Positions 53,808-64,000 of a DNA stretch of 64,000 nt are shown in pieces (within the stretch, counting starts at the first letter, position 1; each line of letters starts with the position of its first letter). A program made the position numbers and the translations under genes. The DNA lies in the NCBI GenBank assembly GCA_053919585.1, contig CM132793.1; one strand, 5' to 3'. The notes beneath the pieces are model-generated. The model saw nothing but the letters and a program-made list of their open reading frames with translations. It was not told where the DNA came from and ran no database searches. The stretch is from Euprymna scolopes. Lineage: Eukaryota.

Positions 53808-53958
53808 ACACCTGTAGAAGATCCAAAGTTATTAGGTTGGTGCAAAAGTGTTGTTTTTTATCATATACGTCAAAAATGTTTTGCACCAACCTAATACATC
53901 GCGCGAAACATTGTGAAAAATAACTACCCGAAGTCCGTACAATCCAAATAATACAAAT
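53808..53958 (+). mobile_element. Family P arm (copy C) interrupted by a mariner MITE
   Basis: acacctgtagaagatccaaagt[TA-MITE-TA]catcgcgcgaaacattgtgaaaaataac..gtccg..aatccaaataataca. Confidence 0.55.
53832..53894. mobile_element. MADE1-like mariner MITE (63 bp)
   Basis: TIRs ttaggttggtgcaaaa / ttttgcaccaacctaa, with TA duplication at 53830-53831 and 53895-53896. Confidence 0.9.
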
Positions 53959-54017
53959 ATCAGTTACTCATTGAAAAGACCAGACAAACATTCACATCAA
54001 ATTTAAATTATACAATA

Positions 54018-54545
54018 ACATGTGAAGCATGCATGGTCCCCCGTGGGTGGACAGTTAACGAGGCAGAACAACATACTAAGTTTAGCATTTGCACCCCCCT
54101 CATTTAGCCCCGAATATCCCCAAGGCCTTAACACCATTCAAATCCTGGTGAAAATGAACAAACAGTGCAGTTTAAGGCTTTAACATATGTAAAGTTGAGT
54201 TCTGCACCATGCAAAAAAAAAAAAAAAAATTCCAAGTCCATCATTTAGCTCCAAAAATGACCAAGGCCTTAACATATTTGAGGCCAGCACCATGCAAAAC
54301 TGCTACATAGAAATACACAGATAATTTTGGACAAATATGGTAAAATAGTCCCGAAAATTGAGTGTTTTTATTAGCCCTATAAGAGCCCCTGGAGCACACC
54401 GAAGAATTATCGCAAAGTATAGACAAACAAAATTATTTGGAAATCAGTTAGTTACAACTTTTCAGAAAGTTTTATAACGATCCAAGGCATCATTTTTTTT
54501 TAATAAGCACTAAAGTGTAAATTTTAGCCATTTTTAACCGGAAAG
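54018..54545 (-). mobile_element. HINE/DINE-1-like element, 5'-truncated inverted copy of 49819-50560
   Basis: Reverse complement aligns with 50025-50560 (e.g. ccctggagcacacc, gttacaacttttcagaaagttttataa). Confidence 0.8.
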
Positions 54546-54814
54546 TCCAAATTACTTCGTGGTACTTAAAAAAAAAAAAAAAAAAAAAAATGAAAGGATT
54601 TGAAAACATCTATGTCAAATCGAACTATTTTTGAATTCTTAGCAAATCTTTATGTATTAAGTGATTTCAAGTTCGAAGAGTTAATTGATTATTAAAATAA
54701 AGGTTAATTGATTTTAAAGCTAGGAGCTGAAACAATTTTATAAATTTGGTTCAATCGATACTTGACTTATCGAACGATAGAGAAATAAAAAGAAAAAAAA
54801 CTTTTTTATTATAA

Positions 54815-55470
54815 CTAGCAGGGAGAGCCGGAGTGAATTAGAATTGAATGATGATCAACAAATGCATAATATAATAGTTGTATTACCATCGAAATGACAG
54901 TTTCAATTTTTCAATAAAGTTGATTGCTTGCCTGCTCTAGTCGCGTACCCACTGTGGATCACGACGAACAACTTCACATATTTCCCCGCAGTAACTTAGT
55001 CTTCAATCGATTGTGATCTACACTGCACTGTAGAGATCATAATCTGGATTCTATAAAATTATTTTATTTAATGACTTGAATTAAAGTGTAAATTCAAGTC
55101 ATGTACCATGGTTTAATTGTGCCCTAAACCGAAACCTTCATTGCGTAGGCGGCCGTGTCTTACCAAGAGACCATATTGTTAATTTTATACGCCGGGTCTT
55201 TCTGTTACTGCGGTGAGTAAACTACTCTAGTGCACTTATAATATTAAGCTGTATGAGAATTTTTACTTTGTTAAACATCGAACTATTTCTTATTTAATCG
55301 GATTTTTTGGTTTTCGATATTTATCGGGTGGATTCCGACATAAAACCTAGCTAAGAACACTTCAGAGAGATGAAACACATTTGCCTGATTTTTTTTTATC
55401 GGCTAAGCCGTTTCGGTGTCCATAGGGAACAACTCCACACACGCAAACGTGTTCTTTGTATATAAGTAGA
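54815..55470 (-). mobile_element. Probable non-autonomous Helitron
   Basis: A|CTAG at 54814-54818. The far end ..gccgtttcgg..cacacacgcaaac..tatataagtaga gives a minus-strand 5'-TC start. Confidence 0.4.
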
Positions 55471-56298
55471 TATATTTGATAACACAATCTGCATAAGAGT
55501 ATCTTGCGTTAAAATAGAATAACTCCCAGGCAACGTTGGTTAAGTACAGACGTCCATTTATCCAATTCTTTTTCCCGCAGCAATCTCTATTTCAAACTAT
55601 ACAGATATCTTGTAACAAGATAGACATACCCCTGATATACAACGACCCTTAAACAAAAAAGACTCTGGGTAATACCGACTCATATATCATGCGTTTTAAC
55701 TTTACACGATAGGTCTAACCTTGACTCATTTTAAGCCAGGTGCGAGGAGTTTAATTTTCAGCGAAACGCAGAGAATTATTAGCATGACCTTCAGCCAGGT
55801 CAAGTATATATAGACATAGAAAGATTAAAAGCACAGCTTAGTCGGAGGAGTCGAATTTGAGAAAGGAGTATTGGCGACGTGAATGGGTACGTTTTTAGGT
55901 GCGCCTCGCATACCTAGCAAAAGAAAGTGAAAAGAAACACAAATGAACAAAATAAGGCGGTCTTCGAAAGTAGGTGGAGCGGAGGCCGGAAACGTAGAGG
56001 AACTCTGATACAGCTTCCGCTCTTGAGTGACGAACCATTTAACGTGCCGCGTCTGCTTTTATGTTTTTTACAATGAGGGTGCCGGGAGTAAGGGGGACGA
56101 TTTTCTCAACGTCGATGCCTCTCTGTCTCCCTCACTTTCTGTTCTCACTCTCTCTCTCTTTTTTACCCTCAACCCCCCTCCCCACATAGTTTGTTGCTTT
56201 AACATGTTCGGTTTCTCAAGTGGCTGCTGATTCTTGTAATGATCGTTTAGTTTTGGTCTTTCTTTTAGTTTGTTTATCGACAATTCGACTACGCACGC

Positions 56299-56353
<55 letters not shown>

Positions 56354-56356
<3 letters not shown>

Positions 56357-57142
56357 GCAAAAGTACGCGTCGTTTACTGGGTTCAAAAACAGCCTACAGA
56401 AAATGGACTCTGATTTATGAAAGTATGATAGATTATGAAAAGGAAGGGTTGTAAAGAGATAACTTCGAATTTGGGGGTATCAAAACCAAAGGAAAATATG
56501 ATGGAAGTAAAAATAAAATAAATAAACCTCATAATTTATTATACCATACCTGTTCAGACTGAAACACTTATCACAATATTCTGTGAATCTATATTAAAAA
56601 CCCTTAGTAAATTCCGTGACATATTTCCATTCTATGGGTTAGGCGCGAACGGACACCCCATAATTTTATTATACCATATTTCTTCAAACGTAAACATAAT
56701 TATCAAAATATACTTACGCATATAGATAGGAAAAGTATTTATTAAAGTCTGTGCCTATTTCCATTCTATGGAGGCCAAGCGCCAACGTAGACCCCACAAT
56801 TTTATTATACCATCCCTATTAAAGTTAACATACTTATCAAAGTAGTATGTACATCTTTATCAAAAACACTTGTAAACGTTTTTTTTTTTTAATTTTTTTT
56901 TTTAATTTTTTTTTTTTATTTCCATACATTGTGGACCAGGCACGTATGCAGACACCACAATTTCAATGAATTATCATTATGCCAGATCAAACATCTCCAT
57001 TCCTGTGTCTTGATACATCTTCTATCGTTATATGTGATCAGTTTTCTATAATAGCCAACCATATAGGAGCCTATTCGTGACCAGACACACACACAATCAG
57101 CTTATCTCTCTGTTTGTCTGTCTGTCTGTCTGTCTATATATA
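56354..57142 (-). mobile_element. Non-autonomous Helitron (family A, copy 2)
   Basis: Collinear with 43940-44690. The CTAG end abuts (TA)n; (ctgt)n lies near the 5' end. Confidence 0.8.
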
Positions 57143-57469
57143 TAAACGCTTTACCTATTCCTAGTTTTTGAAACTTAACTTTTTGGCTCGAATCATTGTA
57201 AACACCCAAGTAATATACACACATAATTTCGCAAAATTAGAAAATACACTTGTAGAGGATTAGGTTTATAGGTTTTAGTTTCATTAGTAGTTTAAACTCT
57301 AAGAATATGTACGCTTTTTGTCATTAGTGATAATAAAATATCAAGTTTCAAATGAAATTAAACTAAAAAAAATATAAGAATGTTTTGGTATAGGTAAAGA
57401 GGCGCAATTATTTTCTGATTCCAAGGTCTTAGGAACGGTCTGCTTTTCTATTAACCATCTTAATACACG

Positions 57470-57471
<2 letters not shown>

Positions 57472-57539
<68 letters not shown>
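57472..57539. repeat. (TA)n microsatellite
   Basis: Perfect dinucleotide run. Confidence 0.97.
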
Positions 57540-57542
<3 letters not shown>

Positions 57543-57563
57543 CAGAATCTCTATTAGATAAAT

Positions 57564-57732
57564 CATCGGTTTCAAACCTGATAATAGAGCACCGTTTTAG
57601 GTCCCAATGTTAGTCTCTCTTCAACCAATCTATATCGTATGTTTATATCCTATAGATCTGATGGGGACAGAGTTTGGTATTGGGACCTTAATAATTTTCT
57701 TATTATCAGGTTTGAAACAGACGGTACCGATG
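57564..57732. mobile_element. Palindromic MITE remnant
   Basis: Inverted repeats gtttcaaacctgataata / tattatcaggtttgaaac and aggtcccaat / attgggacct. Confidence 0.7.
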
Positions 57733-58464
57733 GCTTGTTCTTTCTTCTGAAAAAAAATATTAGGCTCTTATTTGGAGTTTTTTTTTTCTTATGACATTTT
57801 GCTGGAATTCTTTTTTCCCAAAAAATATAATTAAGTTTATATATATATATATGTGGAAATCAGTATACGATAGTAAAACATATGCCTAGAATATTTATAA
57901 TGTTTATCCAAATTAAGTTTAAAGGGTTTTGATTCTTGAAAACGTTTTAAATTCAAGGTAAAATTTATGTATAATAATTATTCAACAATTTCAAGTTAAA
58001 TCTGAAATATTTTAATTTAAAAAAAAGGAACTGTTTTCATTACCCATAACACCTCTAAATAACCCGAAAGAATCGGAAATTTATGAAATAGCTATGAACT
58101 GATACTGACGTTATTAATATTTAATGAATCGGTGATATCTAAATTTTCACGATGGCTTCCAACGATTTGTTAGTCCTTTGGCATAAAAAAATAGTTTACA
58201 TTTAAACGCCATTTCATATATAAGTGTGTACCAAGATTCATATTGATGGGTTTAGTTAAGAGCAAGGGTTAATCTTTTTTCTGCAATCTCTCCCTTAGAA
58301 CACTCAGATACCTTCTACCACCTCCTCCTTGCATGCATCCTTACATAATAATGTTAGAAGTAGTGGTAGTATCTAATTTATCATTATTTTGCAACACACA
58401 TTTCATTATGATATGAATAGTAACATATGAAGGATTCTTCATCAATGCTGGAAGTTTCTTTATC

Positions 58465-58786
58465 AATCATCTTGACCTGCCCCGTGACGGTTGCCGTTGG
58501 AGTGCTACAAATGATCTGTCAACCAGTCCTCTCCATCTTTCCCTGGTCCTCCGCAAGTTTGACCGCTTCGCCCTGCTTCAACTATAGTGCCTTACCATCT
58601 CTTCTGTCTTCCTCTCTTTTCTCCTCCTGACTGTTCTTTGGAGATCTATATTCGCAAGCCCCCCTTGTAAGGTGGCCTAACTATTTTAGTTTATGCCTCC
58701 GGGTTGTGGTGAGAAGTTCCTCATAGGGACCAATGGTTTGCCTTATTCTGTTTTATTTTTACTTCTTCGTTTGTTATGTGGTCTTT
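58465..58786 (-). mobile_element. RTE-clade LINE 3' end, decayed
   Basis: KDHITNEEV..NRIRQTIGPYEELLTTTRRHKLK*LGHLTR..RGRQKRW matches the RTE ORF C-terminus. Confidence 0.8.
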
Positions 58787-61089
58787 TTAATTAAGTTTTA
58801 AAATTAAATCTTACTAGTTTGCCTCTATGAATTGTATGTACAAAAAACAAAATTATCAAAAGTTGTATATCAAATTTTTAAATAAAAATAACATTTTCAC
58901 CATTTTTCCTCAAGTGAACAAAAGCCAAGTTTGTCAGCGGTTAGTAAAGTCCTGTATTTCAACATTATTCGAGACGACCTTGCTATTATAAACATACTTT
59001 TTGTACACAAATCGACATCGTATAATATATCGTTATCATTGTTTTCCAGGACACAGGACCCATTGTATAGATGAGAAAGGCATGTTAAAAAATCTGAATA
59101 AAAAATCAATTAAATTCAGGAAAAAACTAAACTTTGTCAAGATTTCTGGGTGTGATTTATTCATTTATCAAATTAAGAATAAGTATGATATATTCAGTGT
59201 CCATATGAATTGGGAATCCCAAAGAAAATAAGCTGCGAAACACCTAGTTATGATAGTCGAATCTCACTTTCACCACCCTCCCCTGAAAGGTCTCAGAGAC
59301 CACTCTATAACGATAAATTTGGCGAGCGACCAACTGAAGTCTCGTAACGCCCTTATGGTGGGCGGTACGTAGCCCGTTGTCAACCCTATTTGAGATTATC
59401 GTGTACATTCTAATATATTTATAAATGCACATACCTATAAAATGGAGATATGCAACTAAGTTACTATTTGACCACCTAATTTACCATTATTATGGGCTAT
59501 TTAATTAGATGACGAGCCTGACAAGAGTCACTCATTCTGTAAATGAGCAAAAAATATTTGAATTTAGATAGTGAATGATAGACATGTATAGGTAAATAAA
59601 GATTGGACACTTATTCAATTAATTACAAGTAGTTCATTCAGAAAATCTTAGTCAGTTGGGGACTTACCTCCTATAACTATATATCCCTTGATTAAATAGA
59701 TTTCTTGGTTATATTTGGTATATTTCATTTTGATCCATGAATATACAAACGTATCCAAGATGAAACATGCGCACTTGACATCAGTAAAAACAAAATATTA
59801 ACTATTTCTCATATCTCCAATATAAAAGTGTATACATGTATGGGGGGAAACTGAGTTTTCTATAAACAGAAAGTTTCGGAAACCTTCATTACGTATATTA
59901 TGTAAAATTTGCCGGAGTAAACCACGGAAGAATTTCTGCGTCACCAAGTGAAGTGTAAGGGGGTTATAACTCAATGAACACTTGGAATGTATCCATTATT
60001 TTAATTATATGTGAAAGATTTTCTTAGTAAAAATAATCGAAGTGGATCGCAATCTCTAAGTGTCCCTTTCACCGTAGGGAGATGTGGGAGCTAAACCTCC
60101 TTTAGAATTTCTAATCCATCCGAATTTATGATGTTTATCGTATGTATGGCATTCTCCGAGTAAGTGCTGAATATGTACATGCCCGAATTTCTCTTTGGCA
60201 AGCTAAGATAGAATTCCTTCAAATTTTAATGAAATTTACTCCATATGACACTACTTCAGTTTCAGACGTTTTTTTCTGACTATATTGTTTTAAGAAAAAT
60301 AAACCAAGTAATGATCGTAGACAAAACGAACCGGATAGTTATTATAATTAGACCTTGAGGAACCGCGAAGCGTCATACAAGTATGTTTTCTTTCAATTCA
60401 TAATTTGAATATGATAGAAATGTATGGATAAGAATCCAAATTTCCATAAAGAGTATTAGGCATTAAAACCTGATTATTTGGACGACCTAGTTGGTTCGTA
60501 CGCATCTGTGTACATGTCTAGTTAGTTAAAGAGATAGATTTATTAAAATTTTGTTCGGTAATGTAATTTTTTCCAAAATTTACATTCAAATCAATGTTGT
60601 GTGCATCTTGTTGAACAACTATAAATATGGAAAATAATAAAATTTAAAACAAGCTTAGAAGCTAAATAGTGTTCCATGGGCGTGAAGCCAAAAGAAAAAA
60701 AAAATAAAGATTTTTTTTTTTTTAATTCATAGTCGAGGGCAAGGAAGATTCACACCTTTGCCAACATTTTTAATTAAATTCTTTTAATGGTCACCGTAGA
60801 TGTTTACTTCACCTATAACAAAGGCACGACCATATACACGTATACTCATATACATTATTCGTTTGGCTGAAATTAGAGAGCATTGTTTTATTCTATGACA
60901 GTTGTTTTTTTTTGTCGGTCAGTGAAAGGATTATCTTGCTAAACTATGAAATTTTTGTACTAACCAAGAGTTTATGGTGGATTTCCCCCACATTAAAAAT
61001 GACTTTATGCCTGATCATTCTACACTAGAAAAAGTCTGTCTTCATTCTGAAGGGGAGAAATCCTACTTTACTAACATATTTATTTTTAG

Positions 61090-61272
61090 TTTTTTCTTAT
61101 ACATAGGAGTCACAACTTATCAAGGCCCGGAGGCCACTCAGAGATAAGGGATTGCGTGTACAGTAATCGATGAGATAATATCGTAGTACTCGTTAGTAAT
61201 GGAGATTTGATAAATTGTATTACTTAAGGGGCGGTTTATCAGGAATTTGTTTATGTTGGACTTGAAGACATT
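61090..61272 (-). mobile_element. CR1-Zenon-like LINE 3' UTR fragment
   Basis: acttatcaaggcccggaggccactcagagataaggg..acttaaggggcggtttatcaggaatttgtt..gacttgaagaca is near-identical to 11049-11181. Confidence 0.85.
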
Positions 61273-64000
61273 GAAGAGGTTACAATTTAAGGTTTCTTTT
61301 GCTAGACACTGGATTCCTTAAGTTTAACATTGCCTAAAATGGGGAGAATAGAAAAAAGGATAGTCTCATTTTAGCATATACTTTTATTTTATCCATGGCT
61401 AAGGGGTTGGGTCTATAGATTCATACCATGCCCTATGGCATTAGTTTTTATTTATTGCATTTTCCCCTCCAAAAAACAGTGCCACTTAAGCGTAGGGGGC
61501 TAATATCTGGAACATAATTTGCAGGGGTCCTATGAATGGAGTTGAGCAGCAAGATGTCTGTTCACATTACACTTGAACTTTCGCATGTCAATACACTCGG
61601 GGAAGCAGGGACGCGGAAGTTAAGAAAATCTTTACTAGAAATCTTTAACATACACAACATATAAACATATTCCCACAGAGATTATTTTATGAAGGTATTC
61701 TGAGATACCATAATTTATCTCAACTGGCCATTTTATCTCTCGCTGAAAATAGTAAAAGTAATCCAATAGTTCCGACAAGACTCGATTGCGCATACACGCC
61801 TATGCGCGTGCACATATATTGGCGCATGCACAAACATAAAACGGGGGGGGGGGCGGTTAGCATGAGAAGCGGTTTCTAAGTTTAAAAATGTCGACTTCCC
61901 CCACTGCAGTTGCTTCTGATCATCATGTTTCAGCTTTTCGTCATCTTTCTTTCCCTTTATTATCGACCCCATCTCATTTATCTGATGCAGTGCTTTCACC
62001 TGGCACCTTTCCGTTACACATATGGATTTCATCTCGGTATACACACCTCGACTAATCTCTCGCGTAGATGCGCCGAGAACTTTCCCAGCCCCCGGCGCGT
62101 AGTTAAGAAGCGCATTTCGATATAGTTTTAACTGAAATTTCATCATTGCAGGTCTATTTAATATTTTTTTTTTTTTAAATCATTGCTTTTGAGGTAAATA
62201 AGTTGAAGCTGAGTATTAAGTACGTAATGTGTTCACGTCTAAGAATAAATATTTTTAGCCATCCACTTTCTTGCCAAGTAACTGTATTGAAACACGGTTT
62301 ACTTGGGTAGCGATACAACGCCAAACAGAGCGTCTAAAAAATAATTCAAAATAGTCATGCTTGCAAGCTTTCATAGATAGTATCTTTTTATTAGTTATTT
62401 TTTTTTCTTATTTCAAAAACTCAAATAGTAATGGAATTGTGGTAGTTACGTGTAGGCGGAAAAAACGTTTACACACTGACAAGAATTGTTGTAGTGTAGT
62501 AATAATACACAGATAAGAACAAAACGAGTCGTCTGTTTAGGCTCAAATAATGATATTTCTTTTTTGGTCAGAGCAGATGCAATCCTTCAAAACAAAGTTG
62601 CGTTTATATATCCATCCAGTGTGCCCCATTCTATGTAGAGTTCATTTCCCCAACAACGTTCAACAAGTTAGTCATCGTTGCGGTGTAAGTAAATAACACT
62701 GAAAGTTTAAGACAATTTAATACTAAATATTTACACCTGTTTTATATTTGTATTTTGTGAGGACATTTACCCCAGTTCTTAATGCATGTGTCTTGTGGCA
62801 TATCCCAGTTTAATGGTGTGGGTCAAACAATTTTTTGCGATAGTAATAAGAAAAAAGTGTAACTATACGATTAGAACATAAAAAATAAGGGTTTAGTTCC
62901 TACGTGTCAAAGTAAGGTTGCCTTTGATAATTGGGCAATGATAGGATGAAAGTTCTTTTATTCTCGTTTCGTTTCCGTGATAAATGTAGCTGTATATAAT
63001 GTTAAAATAAAAATAAAAATACGCCACACAAATCAAATAAAATCACTAATTAAAACGAAACACCGCAAAAGCTAAATATATACTAGACACGTTCTACATG
63101 AATGAACAAAAGTATTGTAGAGATTAAAAAACGGCAATATAGGACGATTATTAAAGAGTGTTCCGACCATATCACCTACCAACTATATATTTGATGTTTC
63201 ATTTGCTGAGAGTAATAGAAAATTTTGTTTTCTAACGAAAATGAAAATGCAGAAGCGAAACGAAATTTGGAAAAAAATAAAAATGTCTAGCAAATCCATT
63301 TTTATCTCGTTTTTTTTTTTATTGTTTCTTGTACACCGGCGATAGATATATATATATATTACACCAAAGTGGGTAATCGATCATAGTCACATTTTGGGTG
63401 TGGTTAAATTCGATTACTATTTTACAATACAAAACACGAGAAACCGTCGATAGTGTAAGGTACGCTCTATAGTGTCAATTTCAATATCATTGATCGTTTC
63501 TTTTTTGGGTTTTTTCTATGTACAATTTTGCTTATGATCTGATTGATGGACTTGTCGACTGAGAACAATTAGGTAACATTAGCGATTGTGCTTCCGAAAA
63601 GTAAGGGTCATGACCTCAAATAATTTATATTTATTTCATCAAAAGATTAACAATATAAAATAAATCAATAATTGTCGAATTTGTTTATAACACTGGAATT
63701 GAAACGCATCGTATTCCTAGTTTCCTTTAATATCGTCTACCGTTCAATAAGCTTAGTTTAAGGATTTTGTGGAAGTGAACTGAGGTCACAGTTCATCTAA
63801 ACTTGTATGACACCACTAACCATCTGCTTTTCACGGAATTGTTTCATCGCCCTCGGCGCCTTAATGGGCCATCAACACTGTAACTGCGATTGACTAATTC
63901 TTCCTATGCGCGCGCAGTGGTGTCTGTTGATTGAGTCATGAATGTATTTTCATTCAAGACAAATTAGTTTTTTCTCCCGAGGAACACAGTTAAATATTGT

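Noticed and set aside
55071-55102. Short hairpins gacttgaa...ttcaagtc here and at 40140-40165
   Set aside because: Short AT-rich arms with different loops; could be chance or tiny MITE scars, with no further support.

Overview
AT-rich eukaryotic DNA (invertebrate metazoan by its repeat content) from a draft scaffold with four N-gaps and many (TA)n microsatellites. I find no intact host protein-coding gene, and none of the supplied ORFs reads as an intact protein; the recognisable peptides are decayed transposon proteins. The window looks like intronic or intergenic sequence densely packed with mobile-element remnants: about 11 3'-biased fragments of a CR1-Zenon-like LINE, two RTE-clade LINE 3' ends, five 5S-rRNA-headed (SINE3-like) elements, two copies of an (AACC)n-tailed SINE with TSDs, Tc1 and DD37D/maT transposase remnants, several MITEs and foldbacks, many non-autonomous Helitron/HINE elements, a Helitron helicase remnant and a 436-bp TRIM. 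The most notable items are: a TRIM that may be BEL/Pao-derived, with non-canonical TAGATAG...CTATCTA termini, nested in a SINE3; a palindromic repeat family whose consensus resembles Penelope-type minimal hammerhead ribozymes; 5S heads joined to different bodies; and long perfect-ish foldbacks. All family assignments come from manual motif recognition, not database searches.
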